A stretch of 64,000 nucleotides of DNA. Source: Candidatus Krumholzibacteriia bacterium (GTDB lineage Bacteria > Krumholzibacteriota > Krumholzibacteriia > LZORAL124-64-63). The notes below the pieces were generated by a model, which was not told the DNA's origin, ran no database searches, and saw nothing but the letters and a program-made list of their open reading frames with translations. Positions 38,961 to 48,132 of the stretch are shown piece by piece. The position numbers and the translations under genes are program-made. Within the stretch, counting starts at the first letter, position 1. Each line of letters opens with the position of its first letter. The DNA is taken from assembly GCA_036351155.1 (NCBI GenBank), contig JAZBOO010000163.1, positions 1 through 64,000 of the forward strand. The letters are read 5' to 3'.

Positions 38961-40733
38961 TTGCGCCGACCCGATCCCCATTCCTATACCTCGCTGGAGC
39001 AGGGCCGCACCGCCCACCTGGATCTTGATCTGGACGTCGATTTTTCCACCCGTCGCATCCGGGGCCACGCCCGGTTCAAGCTGGCCGCCCCGGCCTCCGG
39101 AGAGCTGGACCTGGATACTCGTGATCTGGAAATCCTGGGTGTGGCAGGCGCCGACGGCAAGTGTCTGGACTGGGACCTGGCCGCAGCCGATCCGGTCCTG
39201 GGATCGTGCCTGCGGGTCACCCTGCCCGAGGACACCCAGGAATTCACCGTGGATTACCTGACCAGCCCTGATGCCAGCGCCCTTCAGTGGCTGGAGCCGG
39301 CGCAAACCGCGGGCGGCAAGCACCCTTACCTGTTCAGCCAGTGCCAGGCCATCCACGCGCGCAGTGTGATACCCTGCCAGGATACCCCTCTGGCCCGATT
39401 CACCTTCACCTGCAAGATGACCGTGCCGGAGGATTTGACCGTGGTCATGGCTGCCGCGCCCGGGGAAAACGCCGCGGCCGCCGAGCAAGGGAAAAGCACC
39501 TTCGGCTTCGACATGCCGCAGAGCATTCCCCCTTACCTGTTCGCCTTTGCGGTGGGCAACATTGCCGCCCAGGACCTGGGTCCCCGTTCTCGATGCTACA
39601 CCGAGCCGGAGATGATGGAAAAATCGGCCTGGGAGTTCGCCGAGGTGGACAAGATGCTGCTGGCGGCCGAGGAAATTTTCGGCCCCTACCTGTGGGATCG
39701 GTTCGACTTCCTGGTCATGCCGCCGTCCTTCCCCTACGGGGGCATGGAGAATCCTCGTCTGACCTTCCTGACGCCCACCCTGCTGGCCGGCGACCGGAGC
39801 CTGGTCAACGTGCTGGCCCACGAGCTGGCTCACAGCTGGACTGGCAACCTGGTGACCAACGCCAGCATCAATGATTTCTGGTTGAATGAAGGATTCACCG
39901 TCTGGGCCGAGCGCCGCATCCTCGAGAAGCTGGAGGGGCTGGAGGCCAAGAGCTTGTCGGCGGCCATCGGCCGCAATGGACTGAAGGAGGCCATCGCCGG
40001 CTTCGGGGCGGACAGCGCCTTCACCAAGCTGGAGATCAATGGCGAGGGCAGTGACCCCGACGAGTTCTATTCGCTGGTACCCTACGAAAAGGGTTTCCTG
40101 TTCGTGGCCTTGCTGGAGGAAGTGGTCGGCCGCGAGGATTTCGACACCTTCGTCAAGAAGTACATCGAGCATTTCAGCTTCACCAGCATCACCACCGCCC
40201 AGTTCGAGGAGTTCCTGGAGAACGAACTGCCGGGGGTGGCCCAGAAAATCGGTGCCGACCAGTGGATCCATCAGCCGGGTTTGCCGGACAACGCGCCGGT
40301 ATTTGCCTCGGCCCGCCTGGAAAAGCTGCAAGCTCTGGGGAAAGGCTGGAGCGAGGGCCAGCGTCCGGAGGTGGCCGAAGCCAGCAAGTGGAGTCCCGAG
40401 GACTGGCAGATCTTCCTGCAGGCCTTGCCCAAGACCCTGCCGGCCGAGGATTGTGCCTGGCTGGATGAGAACTTCAAGTTGTCGGCCCAGGGAAACTGCG
40501 AGATTCTTTGCAACTGGCTGGTCATCGCCGCCGGCAGTGGATACGAACCGGCTCACAAGCGCGCCTCGGCCTTCCTGGGTGAGGTGGGGCGCATGAAGTA
40601 TCTCAAGCCGCTGTATTCGGCACTGCACGCTCACGAGAAAAGCCGTGCGCTGGCTGCCAGCACCTTCGCGGCCCATGCCGAAAGCTATCACCCCATCGCG
40701 CGGGGCGGCCTGGAGAGAATCCTGGCGAGCTGA
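38961..40733 (+). CDS. M1 aminopeptidase, leukotriene A4 hydrolase-like
   Basis: DPHSY, SQCQAIHARS, GGMENP, HELAHSW...NEGFT and C-terminal GRMKYLKPLY motifs. Confidence 0.93.
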   Translation: MRRPDPHSYTSLEQGRTAHLDLDLDVDFSTRRIRGHARFKLAAPASGELDLDTRDLEILGVAGADGKCLDWDLAAADPVLGSCLRVTLPEDTQEFTVDYLTSPDASALQWLEPAQTAGGKHPYLFSQCQAIHARSVIPCQDTPLARFTFTCKMTVPEDLTVVMAAAPGENAAAAEQGKSTFGFDMPQSIPPYLFAFAVGNIAAQDLGPRSRCYTEPEMMEKSAWEFAEVDKMLLAAEEIFGPYLWDRFDFLVMPPSFPYGGMENPRLTFLTPTLLAGDRSLVNVLAHELAHSWTGNLVTNASINDFWLNEGFTVWAERRILEKLEGLEAKSLSAAIGRNGLKEAIAGFGADSAFTKLEINGEGSDPDEFYSLVPYEKGFLFVALLEEVVGREDFDTFVKKYIEHFSFTSITTAQFEEFLENELPGVAQKIGADQWIHQPGLPDNAPVFASARLEKLQALGKGWSEGQRPEVAEASKWSPEDWQIFLQALPKTLPAEDCAWLDENFKLSAQGNCEILCNWLVIAAGSGYEPAHKRASAFLGEVGRMKYLKPLYSALHAHEKSRALAASTFAAHAESYHPIARGGLERILAS

Positions 40734-40749
40734 TCATCACCGCAGGAGG

Positions 40750-40786
40750 AAAAAAAAGAGCGCCGGGTCAGTGGGCCCGGCGCTCT
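40750..40786 (-). terminator. Intrinsic terminator of actP (possibly bidirectional)
   Basis: A8 followed by a GAGCGCCGGG...CCCGGCGCTC hairpin between convergent genes. Confidence 0.8.
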
Positions 40787-40805
40787 GTTGATATGAGGGG
40801 TGGGA

Positions 40806-42671
40806 TCAGACGCGCCTGTTCTTGGTCAACAGGGACACCACCACCAGCGTCAGAAAACTCAGCGGGATGGAAATGATCCCCGGCTGCCCCAGGGGATGCC
40901 AGGCCTCGGCCGCCGTCTTGCCATACGGGCCGGCAAACATGGCCGGGCCGGTCAGGATGATGCCCAGCGCCGCCACGATACCCACGAAAATGGAGGCCGT
41001 GATGCCGGCGGCCGTGGTCCGGGGCCAGAACAGCATCATGACGATGGCCGGCAGGTTGGCCGAAGCCGCCACCGCGAAAGCCCAGCCCACCAGGAAGCTC
41101 ACGTTCACGCCCTTGAACACGATGCCCAGGATGATGGCAATGATGCCGACCACAAAGGCGGCCACCTTGCCGGCCTTGACCTTCTGCTGTTCGCTCAGGT
41201 CCATGCCGCCGTAGCGGTCCATGAGGTCATGGGCCACGGCTCCAGAGGCGGCGACGATCAAGCCCGCCACCGTGCCCAGCACCGTGGCGAACGCGATGGC
41301 CGAGATGATGGCAAAAAGCACACCGCCGAAGCTGAGGGCCAGCAGGGGGGCGGACATGTTGTTGTCGGCGGGATTGATGGTTCCGCTGATGCCGGCACCC
41401 AGTCCCATGAACAGGGTCAGGATGTAGAAGAACCCGATGGCGGCAATGGCCACGATGGTGCTCTTGCGCGCACAGGCCGGACTGGGCACGGTGTAGTACC
41501 GGATCAGGATGTGGGGCAGGGCGGCCGTTCCGAAGAAAAGGGCGAGCATCAGGGAGACAAAGTTCAGCTTCTCCCAGCCGGTCTTGACCTTGAACTTGAC
41601 CCCGGGCTTCATCTGGTCGGTGCCGCTGACGGTCTTGGGGTAGTAGATGGAGATCTTGGCCCCTGTCTCATCCGAAACCTTGGTCTTGTGCCACTGCTCG
41701 ATCCTGGTTTCCGGGTGAGTGAGGGTGGCCAGGAATCCCACCGGCCCTGTGGGTCCGGTGCCCTTGGCCGCGGCCTCCGCATCCAGGCCGCCCACGGCCT
41801 TGACCCGTCCCACGGGCTGAAGCAATCCGTCGGATTCGCCATTGATCAGCAAGGCACTGGTCCACTGGCATTCCCACAGGCCGTCCGGTGAACTGACCCA
41901 CCAGCTGATCTTGCCTTCGCGCGTGAACTTCAGGAAGTCGCCTTCCTTCAATGCCAGAGTGTGGCCTTCGGCCAGGAGGTTGGCCTCGGTGGTTTGCCGG
42001 GGAACGAAGCGCAATTCCTGGCCCTGTGCATCATGGAGGCCGGGAGATTCGGTGCCGATTCCTCGCACCAGAACGCCGATCACCAGGATGGTCGAGAAGA
42101 TCAGCAGCAGACCACCTTTGAGGAACTGGACGTAGGTGGTGCTGGTCATGCCGGCGGTGGCCACGATGGTGATCACGATCACACCCACCAGGATGACGCC
42201 CGCCCAGTGGGGAAGCCCCAGCAGGGGCTGCACCAGTGTTCCGGCTCCGTTCATCTGGGGAATCAGGTAACAGATGCTGACCACCAGTGTGGAGATGGCC
42301 GCCGCCAGCTTGATCCCGCGGCTGTCGAACTTTGAATCCAGCGCATCGGTGAAGGTGAACTTGCCCATGCGTTTCATGGGTTCGGCCACCACGAACAGGG
42401 CCACGATCCAGCCGGCCAGATAGCCGATGGAATAGAGGAATCCATCGTAGCCCAGGGTGGCGATCATGCCGCAGATCCCCAGGAACGAGGCGGCGCTCAA
42501 ATAGTCACCGGCAAAGCTGATGCCATTGACCGCCCAGTGGATCTGGCCACCGGCGGCGAAATAGCCGGCCGCCGATTTTGCGCGGCGGGCGAAGTAGTAA
42601 CTGAGGTAAAGAACCAGGGCCACGAAGACCCCGAAAATGATGATGCTCAACGGTGTGCCCTGGAGGTTCAT
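40806..42671 (-). CDS. actP: Cation/acetate symporter ActP (SSS family) with large loop insertion
   Basis: GDYLSAASFLG, YLIPQM, TTYVQFLKG, GTAALPHILIRYYTVP, FATVLGTVAGL and AFAVAASANLP motifs. Confidence 0.92.
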   Translation of the reverse strand: MNLQGTPLSIIIFGVFVALVLYLSYYFARRAKSAAGYFAAGGQIHWAVNGISFAGDYLSAASFLGICGMIATLGYDGFLYSIGYLAGWIVALFVVAEPMKRMGKFTFTDALDSKFDSRGIKLAAAISTLVVSICYLIPQMNGAGTLVQPLLGLPHWAGVILVGVIVITIVATAGMTSTTYVQFLKGGLLLIFSTILVIGVLVRGIGTESPGLHDAQGQELRFVPRQTTEANLLAEGHTLALKEGDFLKFTREGKISWWVSSPDGLWECQWTSALLINGESDGLLQPVGRVKAVGGLDAEAAAKGTGPTGPVGFLATLTHPETRIEQWHKTKVSDETGAKISIYYPKTVSGTDQMKPGVKFKVKTGWEKLNFVSLMLALFFGTAALPHILIRYYTVPSPACARKSTIVAIAAIGFFYILTLFMGLGAGISGTINPADNNMSAPLLALSFGGVLFAIISAIAFATVLGTVAGLIVAASGAVAHDLMDRYGGMDLSEQQKVKAGKVAAFVVGIIAIILGIVFKGVNVSFLVGWAFAVAASANLPAIVMMLFWPRTTAAGITASIFVGIVAALGIILTGPAMFAGPYGKTAAEAWHPLGQPGIISIPLSFLTLVVVSLLTKNRRV

Positions 42672-42967
42672 GCGCTGTCCTCCCCGGGTGTCGGTTGGCC
42701 GGCCAGTTCCTTCTCCTTGGCGGTGCACCTGTTGTTGTAGATCAGGGCCAACACCAGGGCCAGGATGATCAATCCCATGCCGTAGACCACGGCCAGATTC
42801 AGCCCGGCAAACACGATGGTTTGCATGGCCTTTCCCTCGGTGAAGACATTGGTGAACACGAAGCCCGCATAGACCAGGCAGTAGGCCAGGAACATACGAA
42901 CGCCCAGCCGGCTCTTGAACCGGCTGGCGGGATCAGGGGCGGCATTCTGGGCAGGACCGTGGTGCAT
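42668..42967 (-). CDS. DUF485 (YjcH-like) small membrane protein
   Basis: Two TM segments, ATGA overlap with actP, GGAGG RBS; canonical ActP partner. Confidence 0.85.
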   Translation of the reverse strand: MHHGPAQNAAPDPASRFKSRLGVRMFLAYCLVYAGFVFTNVFTEGKAMQTIVFAGLNLAVVYGMGLIILALVLALIYNNRCTAKEKELAGQPTPGEDSA

Positions 42968-43227
42968 CGCGTGGACCTCCAATGGATCAGAACAAACGAA
43001 GAATTGTCGCCATGCTCTGGGCTCGCCCAAGGGCGAATACCCACAGGGACGGAAGGCTATCATGTTAAAAAATGAACAACAAGGCCATAAATTGCCTTTA
43101 TCATTACTGTTGCGAAATTTTGAAATTACGATTTCGCGAAATGGGGGCCGGTTCGGACATTGATTGGCCCGGGTGAGGCTGGTACCATGTCTTCACGGCG
43201 ATGGGGCCGTTCACACCCGAGGTCACC

Positions 43228-45297
43228 ATGAAGAGAATGGCACTGCGCACCGTCCTGCCCGCCCTGCTGGCCATCCTGCTGTTTTGCGGGGTGGTTTTCT
43301 TTTACCTGCTGCCGTCGGTGGACCGGGTGGTCATGGACCAGAAGCGGCTCATGATCCGCGAACTCACCGAATCGGCCTGGAACGTCCTGGCCCGCTTCCA
43401 GGCCGAGGAAATGGCTGGCCGGCTGGATCGGCAGAGCGCCCAGGAGGCAGCCATTGCCCAGGTGCGCAACCTCCATTACGGACAGCAGAACAAGGACTAC
43501 TTTTTCATCATCGATGAGCACCCCCGGATGGTGGTCCACCCCTACCGCCCCGACCTCGAGGGGCAGGATCTGTCGGCCTTCGGCGATCCCGACGGCAAGC
43601 TGCTGTTCGTGGAAATGGCGCGCGTGGTGGAGCGGAGTCAGGCCGGGTATGTCAGCTACCGGTGGCAGTGGAAGGATGATCCCGGCCGCATCGTACCGAA
43701 GCTGTCCTATGTGAAAGGATTCGCCCCCTGGGGCTGGATCCTCGGGACCGGGGTTTACACCGAGGATGTAGATGCCGAGATTGCCCAGCTGAAGGGCAAT
43801 CTGGTGACCGCCACCTGGGTGATTCTGTTTCTGGTTGCGCTCTTGATGATTCTGCTGCTGCGGACAAGCTTCCAGGCCGAGCGCGGACGGCTCAAGGTGG
43901 CGGCGGCCCTGTCGGTGTCCGAGGAGAAGTACCGCACCCTGGTGGAATCTGCCGGAGAAGCCATCGTCATGTCCATCAGCGGGCAGGGGCTTTTCGCCAA
44001 CGCCAGCATGCTGAAGCTGCTGGGGTACACCCGGGAGGAATTTGCGCGGCTGGATGTGGCCCGGATCATCCTGCCCACCCCGGAGGAAAGGCGTCAGGAA
44101 CGGCGCTTCTGGCAGGATGTCACCGATGGCCTGCAGCCGCCGACCCGCTATGAGGCCGAATTGCAGCCCAAGGAGGGGCCGGTCCTCAGAATCCTGCTGA
44201 CTCTGTCCCGGATCGTGGTGCAGGGGCGGGCGGGTTTCATGGCGGTGGCAGCCCGCCTGGCGCAGCCGCGCGAGCTGGAAATTGCCGCGGCAGCGAACCT
44301 GGATGACCTGGAAGCCGCCAGCCGGCGCACCCGCGACCTGGCCGCCCTGATGATGCGCCACGGGTCGGGCGGATTACAGGTCAGCGGCCTGCTTTCCGAC
44401 AGTGCAGACGAGGTGGTCCAGCGGGCGGTGGGATTCATCACCGAGAAGCTGGGGCCGCCCCCGGTGCCCTTCGACATCATGCTCATGGGCAGCCTGGGAC
44501 GACGGGAGGTGACCCTGTCGGCGGACCAGGATCACGCGATTATCTACCAGGACACTCCCGAGGACCAGGCGGAACAGGTCCAGGCCTATTTCCTGGAAGT
44601 GGGAACCATGCTGGCCGACCTTTTTGCCGCGGCCGGGTATCCCTACTGCCGCGGAAAGATCATGTCCAGTGAACCGGCGTGCTGCCAGTCACTATCCCGC
44701 TGGTGCCGGACCTTTGCCCGGTGGATCGACACCCTGGAGCCCGACGACCTCATGCATGCGAAGATATTCTTCGATTTTCGCAGCGCGTTGCAGGAGGGTC
44801 ATCTGGTGGCGCAATTGCGTGCCGATCTTTTCCAAAGCCTCACCCGCCAGCCCCGGTTCTATCCCATGCTGGCCCACAGTATCCTGCAGTACGAGCCGCC
44901 GCTCGGGCCATTCGGGGGGTTGGTCCTTCAGGAAACGGAAGAGGCCCGGGCCGGTTTCGACATCAAGGGGGTGCTGGCTCAGCTGGTAGATGTGGCGCGA
45001 CTGCGCTGTCTCCAGCACGGAGTGGCCGCGGTGGGCACTCTGGAACGCATCGAAGCACTGGCCGCGGAAGGACACCTCAAGGAGAAGACAGCTGCGGAGA
45101 TGACGACGGCCTTCACGGCTCTGATGAACCTGCGCTTGAACCATCAGGCTCGGCGCCGGGCGGGACAGCTGGCGGTGGACAACACCGTGATTCCCGAGGA
45201 ACTCACCCCTGACGAGGTGCAAACGCTCAAGCAGGTTCTGGGACAAATCAAGGCCTTGAAGAACAACCTGCAGCATGAGTTCGGGCCGCGCTCATGA
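43228..45297 (+). CDS. Membrane sensor: sCache_2 + PAS + DUF294 nucleotidyltransferase + DUF294_C
   Basis: TM1-Cache (YFFIID, MVVHPYRPDLEG, DPDGK, GYVSYRW, KLSY)-TM2; PAS; GSLGRREV...DQDHAIIY; GYPYCRGKIM; IFFDFR; FDIK; TLERI. Confidence 0.88.
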   Translation: MKRMALRTVLPALLAILLFCGVVFFYLLPSVDRVVMDQKRLMIRELTESAWNVLARFQAEEMAGRLDRQSAQEAAIAQVRNLHYGQQNKDYFFIIDEHPRMVVHPYRPDLEGQDLSAFGDPDGKLLFVEMARVVERSQAGYVSYRWQWKDDPGRIVPKLSYVKGFAPWGWILGTGVYTEDVDAEIAQLKGNLVTATWVILFLVALLMILLLRTSFQAERGRLKVAAALSVSEEKYRTLVESAGEAIVMSISGQGLFANASMLKLLGYTREEFARLDVARIILPTPEERRQERRFWQDVTDGLQPPTRYEAELQPKEGPVLRILLTLSRIVVQGRAGFMAVAARLAQPRELEIAAAANLDDLEAASRRTRDLAALMMRHGSGGLQVSGLLSDSADEVVQRAVGFITEKLGPPPVPFDIMLMGSLGRREVTLSADQDHAIIYQDTPEDQAEQVQAYFLEVGTMLADLFAAAGYPYCRGKIMSSEPACCQSLSRWCRTFARWIDTLEPDDLMHAKIFFDFRSALQEGHLVAQLRADLFQSLTRQPRFYPMLAHSILQYEPPLGPFGGLVLQETEEARAGFDIKGVLAQLVDVARLRCLQHGVAAVGTLERIEALAAEGHLKEKTAAEMTTAFTALMNLRLNHQARRRAGQLAVDNTVIPEELTPDEVQTLKQVLGQIKALKNNLQHEFGPRS

Positions 45298-46031
45298 AGG
45301 TCCCGGTTTCCATGCTCATCAGCGATGTTCACACGCGTTACCAGGTGGTCAACACCCAGATCGCGCACGCTGAGCTTGAGCTGGGACACGCGCTGGAGCA
45401 GGTTTTCGTGCTGGGTGATTTCGGTTTCTTCCGGGAGCCCATGCATGACTTTTTCCGTCGGGGCCGGGGCCGGTTCACCCGGGCGGTGACCAGTATCGAG
45501 GGCAACCACGAGGATCACGGAGCGCTGCCGGGCCTGGTCCAGGACTACCAGGACGTGCTGGGTTACAGGGGGCGAGGATCGGTTCACCAGGTGAGTGGAT
45601 GGGGGGCCATGTGCCTGGGTGGGGCCCGCTACATGGACGCGGCCGCCACGCCGCGCGGCTGTGAAGTCACGTCGGGGGATCTGGAGAAATGTCTGGCCGT
45701 GGACCCCGACCAGGTGGATCTGGTGTTGACCCACGACTGCCCCTGTGGCCTGGGTGTGCCCGGAGCGCCGGGTCTGGAGCATTATGGCCCACCGGGCGTG
45801 CCGGGGCTGGCTCGGCTGGCCGACCATTTTCAGCCCCGGTACTGGTTCTTTGGTCACCATCACCGCTGGTTCGATCACCGGCAAGGGGCCACGCGTTACC
45901 TGGGCTTGCCCCAGAGCTGGCGCGGTTACCTCCTGCTGGACGGTCAGGGGCAGGTCACCCTGGTGGACCACGAGGTGAGCCTGCGTCCGGCCAGCCGCTG
46001 GGTGCGGTGGTTGCGGCCGGGCCAGTGGTGA
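45294..46031 (+). CDS. Calcineurin-like metallophosphoesterase
   Basis: SDVH, GDFG, GNHE, LTHD and FGHHH motifs; ATGA overlap with the upstream NTase gene. Confidence 0.88.
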   Translation: MKVPVSMLISDVHTRYQVVNTQIAHAELELGHALEQVFVLGDFGFFREPMHDFFRRGRGRFTRAVTSIEGNHEDHGALPGLVQDYQDVLGYRGRGSVHQVSGWGAMCLGGARYMDAAATPRGCEVTSGDLEKCLAVDPDQVDLVLTHDCPCGLGVPGAPGLEHYGPPGVPGLARLADHFQPRYWFFGHHHRWFDHRQGATRYLGLPQSWRGYLLLDGQGQVTLVDHEVSLRPASRWVRWLRPGQW

Positions 46032-46047
46032 TTGGTGGGGCCTCGGG

Positions 46048-47010
46048 TCACCGGGCGATGAAGGCCACCTTTTCCTGTTCTGCCGATCGGTAACAGGCAT
46101 CCACCACCTGCATGGTGGCCACTCCATCCCGGGCGGTCACCGGGCAGGGTTTTTCGGAAAGGACGGCGGCTTGCCAGTCGGCCAGAACCCGGGGCAGGGT
46201 GGGCACCCGCGCCGAGACATCAAAGCGCTCCTCATCGGCTCCCTGCCGCCACACGATGCCGCCGTTCAGGTAATCCGCCCACAGCTGTCCCTCTTCACCC
46301 ACCGCTTCCAGCCAGCAGGCCCGGCTGCGGGTGTACTTGCTGACTTCCATGCTCACCCAGCAGCCGTCATCCAGGCTGGCCCGGGCCAGAAAGAAATCCT
46401 CCACCACGGGGTTCAAGATGCTTTGCTGTCGCGCAACGACTTCCCGGAATTCCCGGCCGGTCAGAAATCGCACCGTGTCGAAGATGTGAACGCCGGTCAA
46501 GAGGACCGAACCGGTGACCGTCTCGCCGGGGTTCTTTTGCCAGGCCAGCCGGGTGGGCTCCAGGCGCTGGGCCGCTCGGATGTGATGAACCTTGCCCAGC
46601 TTGGCCCATAGCTCGCGCACCCGGACCAGGACGGGGTTCCAGCGCAGGGTCTGGGCCACCATCATCTGCCCGGCCTGGGGGTGGAGGGTCAGATCTTCAG
46701 CTTCCGCGAGAGTCCCGGTGAAGGGTTTCTCCAGGAGCAGGGGCTTGCCCGCGTTCAGCACCAGGGTGGCCAGTTCATGGTGAGAGGAGGGCGGAGTGCT
46801 GATGACGATCCCGTCCACCAATGGGTCCTGCACCAGTTCGGCGGCCGTGGCGTGGTAGCGCACGCCCAGCTCACGGGCCAGAGCCTGTCCCTTCTCGGGG
46901 CGGCGTCGCATCAGGGCGGTGGCCGTCATTCCGGGCACATCCTTCAGGGCGTGCCTCAGATAGCGGGTTCCATGGGTGCCGGCGCCCAGCACGCCGATCC
47001 GAAAGGTCAT
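46048..47010 (-). CDS. Gfo/Idh/MocA family oxidoreductase
   Basis: IGVLGAGTHG, STPPSSH, LEKP and GVHIFD motifs; GGAGG RBS before ATG 47010. Confidence 0.9.
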   Translation of the reverse strand: MTFRIGVLGAGTHGTRYLRHALKDVPGMTATALMRRRPEKGQALARELGVRYHATAAELVQDPLVDGIVISTPPSSHHELATLVLNAGKPLLLEKPFTGTLAEAEDLTLHPQAGQMMVAQTLRWNPVLVRVRELWAKLGKVHHIRAAQRLEPTRLAWQKNPGETVTGSVLLTGVHIFDTVRFLTGREFREVVARQQSILNPVVEDFFLARASLDDGCWVSMEVSKYTRSRACWLEAVGEEGQLWADYLNGGIVWRQGADEERFDVSARVPTLPRVLADWQAAVLSEKPCPVTARDGVATMQVVDACYRSAEQEKVAFIAR

Positions 47011-47231
47011 GCGCATTCCTCCGGAGACAGGGTTGGTCAGAACCGCCACTTTAACATCCGGAAGCCTGAGGTTGAAAGTGTCAACCTCACGGCCTTGTTC
47101 CTCTCGGGAGTGTCCTCCGCGAGGTGCCGTGGGCGAGAAAAACTCCGCCCATTCCCTTTCATCTGCGGGTTCCGGGCTGGCATGGGTCAGGCTAGAGGAA
47201 GACCTCACCTTCCTCCCTGAATCGAGCGATC

Positions 47232-47882
47232 ATGCAAAACATGACAAGGTATCTGTTCGCCCTCTTCCTGATGTACGGTTTGTGGATGGGGCTGGCGTCC
47301 GTGGCCGGGGCCGCCGTCATTCTGAACGAGGTTCTGGCCGACCCCATGCAGGACTGGGATGGGGACGGGGAGCTCAGCTTCAAGGGCGATGAGTGGATCG
47401 AGGTGCTGAACATCGGCCTCGTGGACATCGACCTGTCCAGTTACTACCTGCGCGATGTCTTCGGAACCGACCCCCACCTTCAGCTATCCGGAATGCTGGC
47501 GCCGGGCCAGACGGCCGTTTTCTACGGGTCGCAATCCATGGCCTGGCAGAGGGCCAACGGGTACTCGGATTACGGGTTTGCACTGAACAACAACGGCGAA
47601 ACGGTGGAATTGTTGCGCGAGCTGGGGGAGCCGGGAGCCCTGGAGTTCGAGCTGGTCGATGCGGTGACCTTGCAGGCCCACGAAACTGAGGATGACCGCA
47701 GCAGTGGCTGGGCCATTGATGGCAGCGGGTGGACCTTGTTCGATGGACTCAACGAGTATGGGGGAACGCAGGAGCCCGGCCCCAGCGGGTGTGTGCCCAC
47801 ACCGGGAGAGCCCAATACCTGCGAGCCCGACCTGCCCGTGGCCCATGAATCGCTCGGGAGCCTCAAATCCCTCTATCGATGA
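47232..47882 (+). CDS. Secreted lamin-tail-domain protein
   Basis: Signal peptide; VILNEVLADP, DEWIEVLN, IDLSSYYLRD, ALNNNGETV and PTPGEPN motifs. Confidence 0.82.
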   Translation: MQNMTRYLFALFLMYGLWMGLASVAGAAVILNEVLADPMQDWDGDGELSFKGDEWIEVLNIGLVDIDLSSYYLRDVFGTDPHLQLSGMLAPGQTAVFYGSQSMAWQRANGYSDYGFALNNNGETVELLRELGEPGALEFELVDAVTLQAHETEDDRSSGWAIDGSGWTLFDGLNEYGGTQEPGPSGCVPTPGEPNTCEPDLPVAHESLGSLKSLYR

Positions 47883-47929
47883 AATCGCCTCCTTCGGGGC
47901 ACAACCGGAGCCCTCAGGCTCCGGTCGCG

Positions 47930-47968
47930 GGACGGGCCGGGAAAGGAGTCCCGGCCCGTCCTGTTTTT
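47930..47968 (+). terminator. Intrinsic terminator
   Basis: GGACGGGCCGGGA-AAGGAG-TCCCGGCCCGTCC hairpin followed by TGTTTTT. Confidence 0.8.
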
Positions 47969-48132
47969 GTAACTGGCCCCGGGAAGGCCAAATACGGCGT
48001 TTGACAAGTTTCAGCCCGCCAAACAGGCATTAATCCTGTAATAATATCCGCACTATTGCTAATCTCGGAATGTGTTGATCATCGGGAGAGGGCCGTGGGC
48101 CCTTTTCGGCGTATGCCTATCCAGGAGTCGTT

